Positions 11,304 to 24,369 of a stretch of 64,000 nucleotides of DNA are shown here, in pieces. Both the position numbers and the translations under genes were made by a program. The number at the start of each line of letters is the position of its first letter. Position 1 is the first letter of the stretch. Under the pieces are notes generated by a model. That model worked only from the letters and a program-made list of their open reading frames with translations, was not told the DNA's origin and made no database searches. The DNA comes from Zygnema circumcarinatum SAG 698-1b (lineage: Eukaryota; Plantae; Zygnematophyceae): assembly GCA_037447605.1 (NCBI GenBank), contig CM074808.1, positions 2,852,001 through 2,916,000 on the forward strand. Reading direction: 5' to 3'.

Positions 11304-14159
11304 ATGGCCATGGCCCTGCTTGCAGCGCCCCTCCCTGTCCGTCCCCTTCAGGTGGGACCGCCATGGCGCCCGTCAGCGTCGTGGCTGGCGGTTGCGCCTC
11401 CGCGACCGCCATGGCGAGGCTGTGGGGCAACCTCGCCGCAGGTCAGGGTTGCATCGTGAGCTGGCAGGGGGAGAGGGGGGAGAAGGAAAGGGGCAGGGAG
11501 GGAGGGAGGGAGGGAGGGAGGGAGAGAGGAGAGGGAGATAAAGAGCCAAGTCGCTTGTTCAGAGGGAGGAGCATTCTAAGGTTGAGGCTCAGAGCACGAG
11601 GTGAGATTTTTACTCTTGTTTATCCGAACTTTGAGTGCTTCATGTGTGAATTAACTTGAACAAAGAAAAACGTGAGCACTTCAATTTTTTTAAGTGCAGT
11701 TTTGTGTTTTTTTTTTAATTTTTAAGGCGGCCTCAAACGATTAATATAATGTGGGTAACTGCCCCCCTTTTTTTTTTCAGAGTGATCAGTTTTCCAGGAG
11801 CAAGTCGGGGCAGGTTCTGCTTTCCTATCTTCCAGCAATAGCCATGGCTGCCAAGTACGCTTTTCGAATTTATTCTGCTTTTTATGTTTGATTGTTTTTT
11901 TTGTATTTAAATCGGTACACGGTTTGCCATAGTTAGTTTCTTTTCCATTTATTTAAATCGAATACTCCTGAAAAATATTGCACTTCGTTTGGCAGGGGTC
12001 CTGAAATCCCCATGCCCAACCTCTTTGACGGCACAACGAGGTACTCTCTCACTCTCTCTCTCACTCACTCTCTCGACCAAAAACAAGCCATCGGCAATCA
12101 GATGTAGATTGTGCTTCGTTTAGTTCAACCTGAATTTTCTCTTAAAGGCCGGTTGCGTCTTGCTTTACCAGACATGGTGTTTTAAAATGAAAAAGGCAAC
12201 GGAGCCTGCTAATTCTGTACCGACGTGTGTAATCGGTTGAACTGTGAATATCAGGCTCTATGTCAATGCCCTCTGCCCGTATGCACAAAGGGTTGTGATT
12301 GCAGCCAACTACAAGGTGTGGTAGTCATTTCATGCAAACGTTTGTGTTGATTTTTTACAGCACATGAACTAGCATGGGACCCTGGTCAAATAATAGTGTC
12401 AGCGTTCTACTTTTAACAATCCTTTGATTTAGCATACTGGGAATGCCTCGTGTCATTGCGTACAGTAAGTAGACCGGAATGGCTGTTACCGTGGTTGCGT
12501 TGCAGGGCCTGAATGATATTGAACATGTTGAGATCAACTTGTCAAACAAGCCAAAGTGGTATGGAGAGAAAGTTTATCCTGTCAGCAAGGTGCAGTATAC
12601 CAGCTTTGCTTCCTCCTGCTCAATACCTCGCTATCCATTGATGATGTATTTACAGTCGAAAGCACGGGACCTCAATCTAACATACCTACTACTCAAATTC
12701 GGTCCTTACCCATAAAAGACTTTTTGCTGTTGCAAGCAGGTTCCAGCTTTGGAGCACGCTGGAAAAGTGATGGGAGAAAGCTTGGACCTTTTGACTTATC
12801 TGGAAAAGAACTTCAAAGGGATCCCTCTTTTGCCAGAGGTAATTGTTTGGATTTAAAACGGATTCAAGAACCTGCGATAAATAGTGGCAGAAATTCAGCA
12901 GTTTTATTTTGAATTGTCTGCATGCCAACCATGTTCAGGATGATGGAAAGAAGGAACTCTACAAAGAGCTTTCGGATTTCTCTGACGAGTTCGTGAAGAC
13001 TGGATTTTCAACTCTGAGCAGTGAGGAGTTGTCGGCAGCAGAGGTGGATGCGAAATTCGGTAAGCTCTCCTCTGTGACGCAGCAATAGCAGCAATAGCAG
13101 CAATATTAGTAAGGGGAAAATGAAAAACTACGAACCATAGAGTCATGCAAGGATTATGGTCATATGCTTGTAAGAAAACATAGAAGAAGCTTGTAAGCTT
13201 GTAAGAAGAAACCGTTTAGCAGGGCCCGCGCTTTTCGAACGGTCACATGTTGATTATATATGTTTTGAAATGTTGCAGGCCCTCTGCTGGACCGTTTGGA
13301 TACGGCTCTGTCAAAGTACGCTGGAGAGGGCCCCTTCTTTCTTGGAACTTTCAGTGCGGTAGGTGTTTGAGCTTTACCTTGCAAGACAGCCGCCGGTAGA
13401 AGAAAATAAAAAAAAACCCCGTAACCCGATTGGTTTTGTTCGATTGCATGATCAAAAAGAGTCTTCCTATTTTGCAGCTTGTTGCTTTCAACAATGCAAG
13501 GTGGAATACATGTATGGAGTGTAAGGAAGTTATAACTTGCTTGATTGGATTTAAGACTTGCTTGACTTGCGTCCTTCCAAAAACTTAAATGTCACTTTAC
13601 TTGCGTTGTTTAAATTTGCAGTCGCTTTTTTCTTAACTGCGGTTGTTGCCCGCAAATGATGTCAGGCGGACTGCGTCTTCGCGCCATTCCTTGAACGTTT
13701 CTCGGTTGCCTTCAAAGACGTGCATAAGTCGGCATACGACATTACACAGAGCCGCTCCAACCTTGCTTCCTGGATGCAGGTAAGCTGCCGTGCCTTTCAT
13801 GGAATTCTACTGAGAAAGCCGCTCTTGCATGGAAAGGCATGCAGAATATGGCACATGTTATCTTCAGCTGAGGGCGCCCTCCATACTAAAATGGCATGTC
13901 CCCAAGCAGGCGTTGGATGGTGTGAAGGCGTATACGGACACGAAGGTGGAGAAAAGTGCATTGAAGGCTCTCTACGAAAAGATGCTGGTGAGTTGCATGC
14001 ACTCAACAACTAGGCTCATTGCCAGACAATGTCGATATTTCCGAGATTTTTATGATTTTTGTTTACTTGCTTGACTATTGTTGTTTTGTTTCGCATTGAT
14101 AATTTTCGGTGTTGTGTGGGTTTCAGGCCATGGGATACTTCAAAAATCTGAATATGTGA
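11304..14159 (+). CDS. GSTL: Lambda-class (Cys-type) glutathione transferase with putative transit peptide
   Basis: Exons give LFDGTTR-LYVNALCPYAQRVVIAANYKGL, KPKWYGEKVYPVSKVPALEHAGKVMGESLDLLTYL, GPFFLGTFSAADCVFAPFLERF; final exon 14127-14159. The FDGTTRLY...CPYAQR signature is typical of GSTL. The start could be 11304 or 11844. Confidence 0.9.
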
Positions 14160-14721
14160 ACTACAGCTGACCAGCTGAAGTGGTTGAGCATATACTACTA
14201 CAGTAGCTTGTTTGATAATCGGACATGATGATTTCTGGATTTTTCCGGCGGACAATAGAAGGGTGTTAGATGTAGTATTTACCCAGTTTTGCAGTTCCGA
14301 GAAAATCGCAAAATTCAGCACTTACAAGACTTTTGTAATATCTCGTTTGCGTATAATTCTATAATTTCTGGTTTTTGTTAGAAAATGGGGTTCTTTCAGG
14401 CTTTTTGTGTATATGGTATCGCTCATTTGGCTAGCTTTCATGCAGCACGGTTCTACATATGGTCTTTTCTTTTGATTGTACCTAAAACATGTAAGAAAAA
14501 GCCAACAACCAAGAAATGTAATAACTTAAAAAACTACAAATGTGAAATAAAATATGAACCATTAGAAAGATCATTTCGAAAGCAAAGTAACCGATGTGAC
14601 AAATTTATTTCATCTCTACAAATTGCCAGGTTATGTTCTTCCCCTCGACCCAGAAAAAATCTAAGGAGAAGTCATATGCTTCACAAAAATGTATGTACAA
14701 CCTGAAACTCTAAACAACCCC

Positions 14722-17700
14722 CTACGCAACAAGCTGCGAAAGTTTTCGTAAAACTTTGTAGGGCGAGTAAAAAGGAAGAACAGAAGTGACCACAGGGAGG
14801 ACAAGCATTACAAACAGACGAAAAAGGAAACGCCGAACATTGGGAGAAGGTTTGCATGAAACTTCTCCGGTTGACGACAGGATCACTTCCGGAGGGTGAC
14901 CATGTAACATGGGATAGAGCCTCTTCAAGCCGAACGCTTGCATGGTACATAAAGTCAACCATCCAAAGAGCCAAATGTAGCCATTCCCTCCTCCATAGTC
15001 GACGGCGGAGCAACCGAGGAAGCCGCCCATGCCTCCAAGCAGAAGGAACATAAAGAAGACTGGGCGGCGTTCAAAGTCTGCTCCGTTGCTTCGCATTAGA
15101 AGATAACTGAAAAACAACATAAGAACTACAGCGAAGCCGAATCCAAGGAAGAGCTCGAGATGGCAAATTCCCATTCGCAGTAAGTTTCGTAGTGGGTCAA
15201 AAGCTTTCCAATACCACCATGAGCGGTCAGATACCTGAAGACGAGTACGCACAAATGGCAAGAATTAGGGTTTGGTATAAAGCTGCTATAAGAAACGTTA
15301 CCAGAAGAAGCGCCTACCAACCAAGAGGTCGAGAGTATACCTTCGAAAACACACTCTCAGAGAATTCCTAAACTGCGATTCTCCCAATTCTCTCACGCAA
15401 GGTCTCCAACTTACAGCCTGCGATTGGCGGCAGAAGTGCAGCTTTTCTTGCCAACGTTCGAGTCCAAAATAGACGATAGCAGCACAGCTTGCACCGAATA
15501 GAATAAGCAGTCCAACAAAAATTTCATCCGTGCGCTCTAAGCGGAAACTTGCCATCTCCTCAATGGACCTCCTTCGTTGCACCTCCTCCTCTTTCTTTTC
15601 AAATTTATTGCGCTCAAAAACGGATTTTTCGGCCTTTCGAGCACAATCTTCCTCAAACATTTTTTGTTGCCGAAGACTCATTTGATACTGGTATTTTTGC
15701 AGTTCGAATGTCCTCATTTGCACCTCCAACTTCGCGCATTTATATTCGGAAGCTGACATCCCCTGATTTTGATAGTATTGATAACTAACTGCTGACAATG
15801 GTTCACGTGTCACGAGACTCTGATTATATGGATGCCAATCAATTATCTCCTCCTTCCTAATACAATCGTTGCCCTCTCCTTCCCCTTTCCATGTCACCAG
15901 ATCACTTCTTTCCATAGCCACCTGTCCTCTTGCAGATGTGCTTCTTCCCAGCTCCTCATGCCCTTGGATGAATTCATCTCCGGTAAAAAATTGGCCATTA
16001 ATCTGTCCCTCCCAACCATTACATTCTTGTTCTGCATCCCCGTCATCAATCGTACTCTTCAAATTCTGCAGAAGTCCCGAAGGTTCTTCAGAGATATCCT
16101 TCTGACAATCTTTATTGGTGGCATTGTGGCAATTGCGTTTTGGTACATTGACATGAGAGGAGGAAGGCCGACCAATCCCCAAACGGCTGAAAGCTTCTGA
16201 AGTAGGTCTGGGTGCATCTGTCGGAAAAACAGCTGGCATGGCTCCAATAGGAGCCTGCCACGTGGATGGGCTTCCCTGTGCCTCTACTATGTTCTCTGCA
16301 GCGCTTGCATTTGCAATAAGAGGGTTCGTTTGCTGCTGCCACAGTCCAGAATAGATAAGGCACATCTCTCCAAAGGCAGTAGTCAGCTCTGCAGCAAATT
16401 TCCGGCCGCCCTCCGGACCAATCACCTGCTCCACTGGGCAAAAAGCACTCTTTCAGAGCACAAAACTTTCCAATAGCTATCCGTAAGAAACAAAGCAAAC
16501 GGAGTCCTTGATGAGTGCCATTTGAATCACCAAAAACTATCTAGAATCCTCCTAGATTCCGTCGACTGATTTGGTTGACCCCTTTGTTACAGAACTGATC
16601 AACGTTAAGTTGTTCCAATGCAATCAATACGCTGATACAGTAAAAAAAAAAAAAAAAGGGGGGGGGGGGGGGGAGCAAGCTAGTCGCAAGATGTCAGGCA
16701 CATCGAGATTCTACAACTTAGCACGTAACATGTTGCAAATTACACAATGAATTCAGTGACGATGAACTGAGAAGCTTGTACAAGACTTAACACACGTGAG
16801 CAAATACTAGACCAAAATGCATCGTACAGCTGTATCAGTCTGATTGGTGCATGTGCACTGCATGGACTGATTTCGGATTACACTCTGAATTAGGATCAAC
16901 ATCACAGCACAGGCCAAAAGTAGGTACGAACAATGAGAAGGATTTGCTCAAAGCTCTGAGGGTAGTGGACCATTACAGCTCGGGATAGGAAGTCCAATTC
17001 AGTAACTTACCGAACATAGTGCGTTTGTGCAGGTTATGCGCAAGATCTGTTAGCCCCAAAAGCCATATTAACACCCACTTCAAAACAAGCTCAGCTTAAG
17101 TAACACAGTAGCACAAACGCACAAGCTGTTAAGCTTGATCGAAAAAAGATAGTCCACTTCATGAACGACGAGAAAGGCAGGAAATTGCGGAAGTTGAGAC
17201 AGGGGATCAGCATTTGAACAAATAACACACAAAAGTAGAACGGAAAGTGAGGAGGGGTGAGAATAGCACCTCTGTCATTTCCTCGGATGACAATTTCTTA
17301 GTGGAGTTCAACTGAGAAAGCATCACCTGGCATCGTACAGTCCACCCGGCCATCTCATCAATAACTGGAAAATAAGTCAAACAATAACAGTTCTAGGTTA
17401 TTTTTTTTTGTGCTATAAAAAGGTCACGGTTACAAGGAGAACACGAGCAACATTCGTGTATGTTTCAGAGAAAGTCCCACGAACCATAAAGAAATGCAAG
17501 TTCGACGGCTCTTTTTCATTGACATACAGGTCGCCGCCATTTACAACTTCACAAACTCCAAGCAACCGGCAGTGGAAAGGTTTAAAATTTGACACCGGCC
17601 AAAAAAGAAGGTGACGATTTAGCCATACCTTGTCAATGAGAGAAGCCATAGCTCGCCCAAGAACTGGTGCCAAGCGTGTGAAGTCTTCCTCCGGCCAGGG

Positions 17701-18117
17701 CTCCTGCTGAGCATGGTTATTAGAATGTCGCCGATCCACAGTACTTCTTTCTCCCCCCCCAATACTGGCAGGCTCTGCAGTTCCGTGTTGTGCATGCTGT
17801 CGACACTCCCTGATCTCCATCTCCGACTCCACTTCTGGCTCCTTCATCCCTTCTTCTTTTGATGATGATAAGTCTTCCGAACAGTCCACTGAGATTCGAC
17901 CTCCGACTGATGAATTCCCAGTGTTCGTTCCTTCACAGTCATTATGTTTCCTCTTCCCTAGAGACAAATTAAATATTTTTCCAAGCACGCCAACAGACCA
18001 AAGTAAAGGAAAGAGCGAAATACTCAAGGAAAAAGGAAAAGAATACTCGAGATAAATGTAAAGAAATAAAAAGAGAGAAAGAGAAATAAAGAGACACATG
18101 CGGAGGAGCGCCCACAT
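14722..18117 (-). CDS. CPR5: CPR5-like nuclear-envelope/nucleoporin membrane protein
   Basis: C-terminal TM region RPVFFMFLLLGGMGGFLGCSAVDYGGGNGYIWLFGWLTLC...LHG...RRFLFRLFVMLVLPVVTSVLPF matches the recalled CPR5 pattern (PVTFIVLLLG..CG..GK.CVD.LGG.G..WL..W...LP...GLLPF). It follows a coiled coil and the N-terminal LG.A.A block (APVLGRAMASLIDK). The start codon is uncertain. Confidence 0.8.
16642..16673. repeat. Abutting poly(A) and poly(G) homopolymers in a CPR5 intron
   Basis: About A16 directly followed by about G15. Confidence 0.9.
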
Positions 18118-18149
18118 GGCTGCAGAGAGAGGGAGGCGAGAGAGGAGGA

Positions 18150-18561
18150 AGAGCCGTTGGAGGATGGTTTCAAAAGTTAGGGTTTGGATCCGTACGGAAT
18201 CCCTTTCCGTACGACACAGTACTGTACCACTCGACTCGAATACGCCACGTGGTACGGCTGCGTCCCGCAAGTGTGATAACGCAGTTCTATGACAGTTGAA
18301 CGCTTTGAACAGAACGGTTTCAAAATTTCACATGGAAAAGTCACGTTTTGTCACGGATGCAATTTGACCGTTGCCACGTGCGCGATTTTCGGACTTTGCT
18401 CGAGAACACGCGACGTGTTGCGTCAACTGTCACGCCATGTGTCAAGCCACTGTCACGCCACGTGTGAGCAACCGACCGACGTTTTTGAAGCCGTTCGCTG
18501 CTCCCTGTGAAGCGTTCAGCGACAAATAAAACGATCCCCGAATTTCGCAAATTTTCACGTG
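18150..18561. promoter_or_regulatory. CPR5 5' region with clustered G-boxes, an MSA core and a telo-box
   Basis: CACGTG at 18246, 18375, 18459, 18556; CCGTTGG at 18154-18160; TAGGGTTT at 18178-18185. Confidence 0.45.
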
Positions 18562-18911
18562 GTTGCGTGCTTCGCAGCTTCCGGCCTTATTTGGCCTTTG
18601 GGAGGGCAGGGAGGACAGGGAGGGAGGCGAGAGAGGCACGTTGTGGGATTTGCAACACTCCAGAAAAAATGGAATGCTGGGAAGAAAGCACTGAGTCCTT
18701 CTTGCGGGAGTCCTTCTTGCGGGAGTCTACCTACGAGCTTGTTTGCTCTCACATAACAGGCACGACCATTCTCACGGCATAAAAATTTGTAGGAAAAAAA
18801 GAATGAAATTGATTATATATTTGCGAAACGCACACGACCACAGCAGATATGTCCGTACGGCAGAATGAGCACCTATTTGGAAATCCTAGAGAGAATACTA
18901 CACTGTAATAT

Positions 18912-21038
18912 CTACAAAATTGTGCAGCAACTATTCGTTTTCTTTGCTTGCTTGTAAAACATCTGCACACGCGAACAAAGATTAAAGCCTCGAATTAGAA
19001 TCGACATGAAATGCAGGAATCAACCTCAGCCATGCCAACTAGCAGGCCCTGCACGACAAGGTAAACGTCACAATGCTGATACAAAAACTGCAGCATTACA
19101 TAAAACCCAGGCAGGAGAGCTAAAGCAGAACCTAGCATCATGGAATTTCATGTGCTTCTGAGATATCATGAGTCACTGATGGCATCTAAGTGAGGCTCTC
19201 GTCTGTAACTGTGATAACTACAGTATCCACGGTAACTGTGTCCACCAGCACCATTCTAAATGCCAGATGCATGACCTCCTTCACGATAAAACGGTAGTCC
19301 TCTAACTCGAAGAAAACTTGACAGGAAACCTAATGCCCGAAAAGGCGAGCCTTCTGCCACACACAGGGTCTGCACCAATTTAACTGACGCACTTCTTTTA
19401 CCAGGGCAAGGGATAGCTACAGATTCTTGACAAAGTGAGCTTTTCTCAAACAATTCTTCCACCTCTGCACACGCTTTCCAAATCAGAAGCAAGAAAATGG
19501 TGCGCATTTAGAGGATAGAAAAATGTACCTGTGATGCCATACTGAGATCATTGCTTTTGTCAACAAGACTGTCCAGCTTCTCTCCTCGAGCAAGGACGCT
19601 ATCAATGGTTTTGTGCTGTGCCAAACCCAAAAAGCGAAAAAAGGAAAGTTTAAGGAAGGCAATTGCATGACTTAGAGCAAAACATTCATGACTGGCATAT
19701 TGGCGATGGTCTAGTACAATTGAAGGGAACAAGCATAGTGCAGGAGGTAAATTGTTGAGACCATGAGACGCAACTGTGAAGGAAAAGAGCATATTCTTCC
19801 ATCGAATCTATAAGATCATAACAACGACAAATCCATAAACTCCAAGCTTACGAAGCTCTTGAGCAACGCATACCAGAATAATTTTGGTTTCGTCGAGCTC
19901 CTTCTGAATCTTTAGCAGTTTGTCAGCTTCATGAGGATCCTGCATACAAACGGAAATAAGGGCTTCACAAAGCAGGAAAGTACTGCACTACAATCTGCTT
20001 CGAGCAATGTCACAATTTCTCATAAAAAAGCCCGAGGACACATTCAGCAATATCAGCTGCATCAACCGTACCAACGAAAATAAGCTAATCTAACTGCAAT
20101 GCTCCAAAGACAATTGGAAAGGGTAATATTATCCGATCGCGAGTTACATGGAATCAGGCAAATCTCCCAACAAGAATTGTGAACTGACCTGATATTTTGC
20201 AAGCGCATCTTCCAACAATTGCAAAGGCTCCTTCACGTCAGCCTGAATATACTGCCACGACTCTCCCTTTGCTTGGACATATTCGTCAAGAACCTGAAAA
20301 GGACAACAACCAGGATTAGGTACGTTCATTCAGCAAAAAGAAAGGGAAAGGAGGAACACAGCCGAATTAGGAGGGCTAGTCAACCAATTGCAGTGAAGCT
20401 AGAAAAGAATGTTCCTTTCTCAGATAGAACTGACTCACCTTGTTGATGACAGAAAATGCGCTCCTAGTAGGATATGCCGAATTGGCAAACACCAAACCAC
20501 AGAGACCATTTCGGTTGTAACAATGGACGAGATACTCTGCAGCGAGATGAACCACAATATAACTATTCAACGAACAGGAAAACTACAAGATTCTTCGGGC
20601 AAGAAGCTTGAGAATGATGTTTAAACTCCTGTACTTACTATTCACAAAAAATAATGCATAGAGATCAACAAAGAGCAGGGCTCAAACAATAATAAAAAAA
20701 AAAGTGAAACATCGGCAATAAATGAGCATGCGCTGAAAATGAGGCATACATCGGAAGCACTCCCAACACGACGAAATGAAGTTTCATTACTGTTAAGAAC
20801 CTCAGCAAACAAACAAACTAATCGACAGCGCCGAGTCTCAGCACTCACCCTCATGCTCCACGCTCTGCCTTCTGCCTGTCGGTGTCCTTTTTGCAATGGT
20901 CCTCCCAACAAAGATAATGACTTCTCTTACACTGCTTCTCTGGAAGTACCCGAAATTGGTCAAATCGCTTGCAGTCCCTAACAAGATCGGCTCTGATTCC
21001 CCTGCTATCTTCGTCAGCACAATCGCTGTGATCTTCAT
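18912..21038 (-). CDS. YKT6: Longin R-SNARE YKT6
   Basis: TASDLTNFGYFQRSSVRE, YLVHCYNRNGL, YPTRSAFSVINKVLDEY, DPHEADKLLKIQKELDETKIIL, HKTIDSVLARGEKLDSLVDKSNDLS; last exon MFYKQAKKTNSCCTIL* with the CCAAX prenylation motif, TAG at 18912-18914. Confidence 0.97.
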
Positions 21039-22481
21039 GGCAATTCCTGTTCAAATGAGCGCCCTTCAAACCGAAACTTCAACTTGCAGGATGTCACCGA
21101 CCCCTGTTTCCCCTCTTGGCCGAAAATCCGTAACTTAAAACAGAAAAAGTCCAAAAAAAATCCCTCAAGATGTGTGCTTCTTTGCCGCGCAAGCAGGCAC
21201 GCGTGCTTCCCCACGCCACGAATCTGCCGTAACCTCTTCTCCTACAGGCAGGTGAGGAAGGGCCTCTTCGAACTTACCAACCCTAAGGGAAGCGAAGCGA
21301 AGCGAAGCGGGGGAACTTTCGGGAACGCGCCGACCGGGCCCTGCAACCCTAACTGGTTTCCATGGAATTTCCTAGCCAGTTTCACGGACCCACGACTGTC
21401 ACAGATCCACCGTTCACGCTGTAAATCGTGCGGCTGTAAGAACCTCAGAAGATTCGATCGGACGGCTGATCTCATCGGAAAAGTCAATCACGGAACTGAA
21501 CCGGTAACGACGCTTAGACGCACAGCGCGTGGTGTGAATATTATTCTCAGAGCGCTATGGACACAGCATTGGGCCTTGGAACACGCCGTTTAGGGCTAAA
21601 GGCACAGCTGTGGACGCGCCGTCTCTGGCAGTCCGAACAGGGCCCCTCGCGGTTTGGGTCTCAAGAGAGACACAACACGAGAGGGAGAGGAGCAAAATGG
21701 AAGTACATCACTTCATTGCAATTTCTTTTTTGATTGTGGCAGCAGACAGCACCGGCATTAGTGGAGCCCGCATAAACGACCGTTCTCAAAAGTTGGTTCA
21801 CTCGCCTAGCTTAAGGGAACACATAATTCAATCGGCATTTACCTAAGTCGAAGGGTGATGAAAGTGGAGTAGCATTTAGTTTAAGGGTCCTTTAAGGGCG
21901 ATAAAAGAGGGGTAGCATTTAGTTTAAGGGTCTTCACATGTTGGCAATGTCACGCTATTGTATAGACCCCGAGTTGGGCGTTGCACAGTCATGGGAACTG
22001 ATAGAGTCACACGTCACAAACCATTGACTTGACTGCACCTGACAACAAGGAGTAAGGAGAACGTTCCAAAATGAGACTGGAGACGGCGAGGATCACACCT
22101 TTGGTTACAACACTCAAAGGAAGCTCCACATTTCCTTGGCCACTATACCAAATTATGCTTGCAAAACTAAAGCTGGACTCCTCTATTACTAGAAGCACAT
22201 GTATGGCACAGTTGCTGACAAGGTCGCTAGACCCTAAAAGCCGAGAACACCCCTCTGAATCTTGTAAGTGCCTATCAGTGTACGCTAGCTACGCCTACCA
22301 TGACTCCGAATCAAATGTTAGAACAATATTGGTAGATGCACATCACAAAGGCGATTGAGGACACAGCGATGATGTTTGAAGGAACAAACTGCATATCTCA
22401 CGAAAGTGTGCTGCCAGGAAGGAATTATTGGGGAGCAATAGCCAAAAAAGAGTAGGCAGACACTCTGCCATCTCCAACCAT

Positions 22482-23920
22482 TCACCTTTTTAGGTTTTTC
22501 GATATCCGATGTAAATGATAGTTGATGGTACTTCGCACCTTCCCTTGCTTTGCCTGAATTCCAACCCTTCCCCCTTTATGATGAAACTTTGCACCAGATG
22601 CAAAGCACTGAAGAGATGGGCTGCATGTGCCTTCACAAATGCTCTTTCGTCCCAACAAGAACATCCATTTTGTGTGCACCACACGCAACTCCCAATGTTT
22701 TGAGTTCCCTCATCTCATCTATAGCCCAAGCCTGCCAGCTGTGAAAAGCTGCATAACGAGGTGATGCTGTTCTACAGTGAAATCCATCAAGTTGCTAGCT
22801 AAGAGTATCTCCAAGTATATATCGATCTGCAACTTACTTTGCTCCCTTTGAATGCCAGAGTTTAAGTCATCAAATTGCTGAATGACTCAAGCAAGATCAG
22901 TTCCTAAGCACAAATCGGCTTTGAAAAATCCATTCTGAGGACAGTTTAAAAAAACACCAACAGGAGTCGTGGATGACAGCGAGGAGTAAACCGAGACGTA
23001 GGTTTATTGCGATTCACATGCAGCTACCTCGCATATCCCCTTCAATGAAACTTAATATAGTATCTAATCCCTTGCGTACAATACAATTATGGCTCTGCAT
23101 TCAGTCGCTGGTTGCATGCAGCTGTTGTTTCAGTACTTATTTTGCGTTTACCCCAAGCAAATAAAAATTCTTGAAGGTGTCTTTCAACCAGAGAAACTAC
23201 CAAAGGTTTAAGGGAAGGGGAGCAAGCAGGCAAAAGGAGCCATCTTGGCCAACGTATTCCTGCCTCTAAATTCACAGATGAAAAAGCGATCGCAGGACGA
23301 AAATGAGGAGAATTGAGAAGGGAGGAGATTATAGTTGTAAAGAATGGCCCCTATAACATAAACTTCTCAAACTTGCTTCGTGATATTAGATTCCAAGAAA
23401 AAAGCTGCTTCCCAATAGAAGGAGGGTGGGGAGAGAACCATTGCTGCACAAAGGCTTAGTTTGAACGTGGGAGTAAATTGGACTTCTTTACTGAGAAGAG
23501 GAATTGACCTATTATCACTTGACGCCAGGGTTCTCAAGAAAACGCGCAATCTACAAGTCTTCTGTTCGGGGATATCCCCTGAACAGGCCCTTCTATCTTT
23601 CAGAAAGGAAGCCTCACGTAGTAAGCTGCTCTAGTTTGCACCAATTCATCAATGTATGCCTACGAATTCCGTTGCTGCAGAAGTCTTGAAGGGTGTGAAA
23701 ATGTGTGATGAAGGACAGGATATGATGCTGGCAAGTCAGTTACCTGGAGCTCTACGCAGTTGTTGAGGGCGACTTTCTCTCCCATGCAGGGATCATCGTT
23801 GAAGTTCTTGCCCTTCAAACACGACATGAACGCCATCATCTCAACATAGCAAGGCCAGCTCTTCCGCGCTCCCATAGTGGAAGGGTTTACACGAAGAATT
23901 TCTGGTTTATTCTTCCCCAT
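22482..23920 (-). CDS. Twin CX9C (CHCH) protein, mitochondrial ribosomal protein mS37/CHCHD1/Mrp10-like
   Basis: Exon 1 ...PCYVEMMAFMSCLKGKNFNDDPCMGEKVALNNCVELQ (CX9C-X10-CX9C) joins exon 2 (22553-22482) AKQGKVRSTINYHLHRISKNLKR. INYHL.R is typical of this family. The AG|GTGAAT at the stop could instead be a further donor. Confidence 0.8.
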
Positions 23921-24369
23921 CTTGGAGCACGACCTCTCACAAAAGCTTCAAGCAGCCCCGGGAATACCACCTGATCTCACTCAAGCCACAGAAAGAAACG
24001 GCTCAAGAAAGGTCAGAGAGCTCGCTCTCTCTGGAACGACCCCCGCTTCACGCCTTCGCTCGGCCCTCCGCCCACATATGCGATAGTATAAGGGCGCTGT
24101 TTCCCTATTTTCTTCTTTATCTGTTGCTTAGCTCCAAATGATTATGTTATGTGCAACGGTGCAATCCTTTGCGGCTACGTAGGCACCTGTGAACTGTTGG
24201 AGCAGGGTTCGACGTATATTCTGTGACTGTCGCGCCGCTTTACATATGTTGACGGCAGCGAGCGTCCATTATTTCAGCATGCTCTTCTTGGACTCAGCTA
24301 GATGATAACGTGAATTTTAATTAGCTTAGCATCTGATCATTTCAATGAACAGGAGTTGTTATCATCGCG

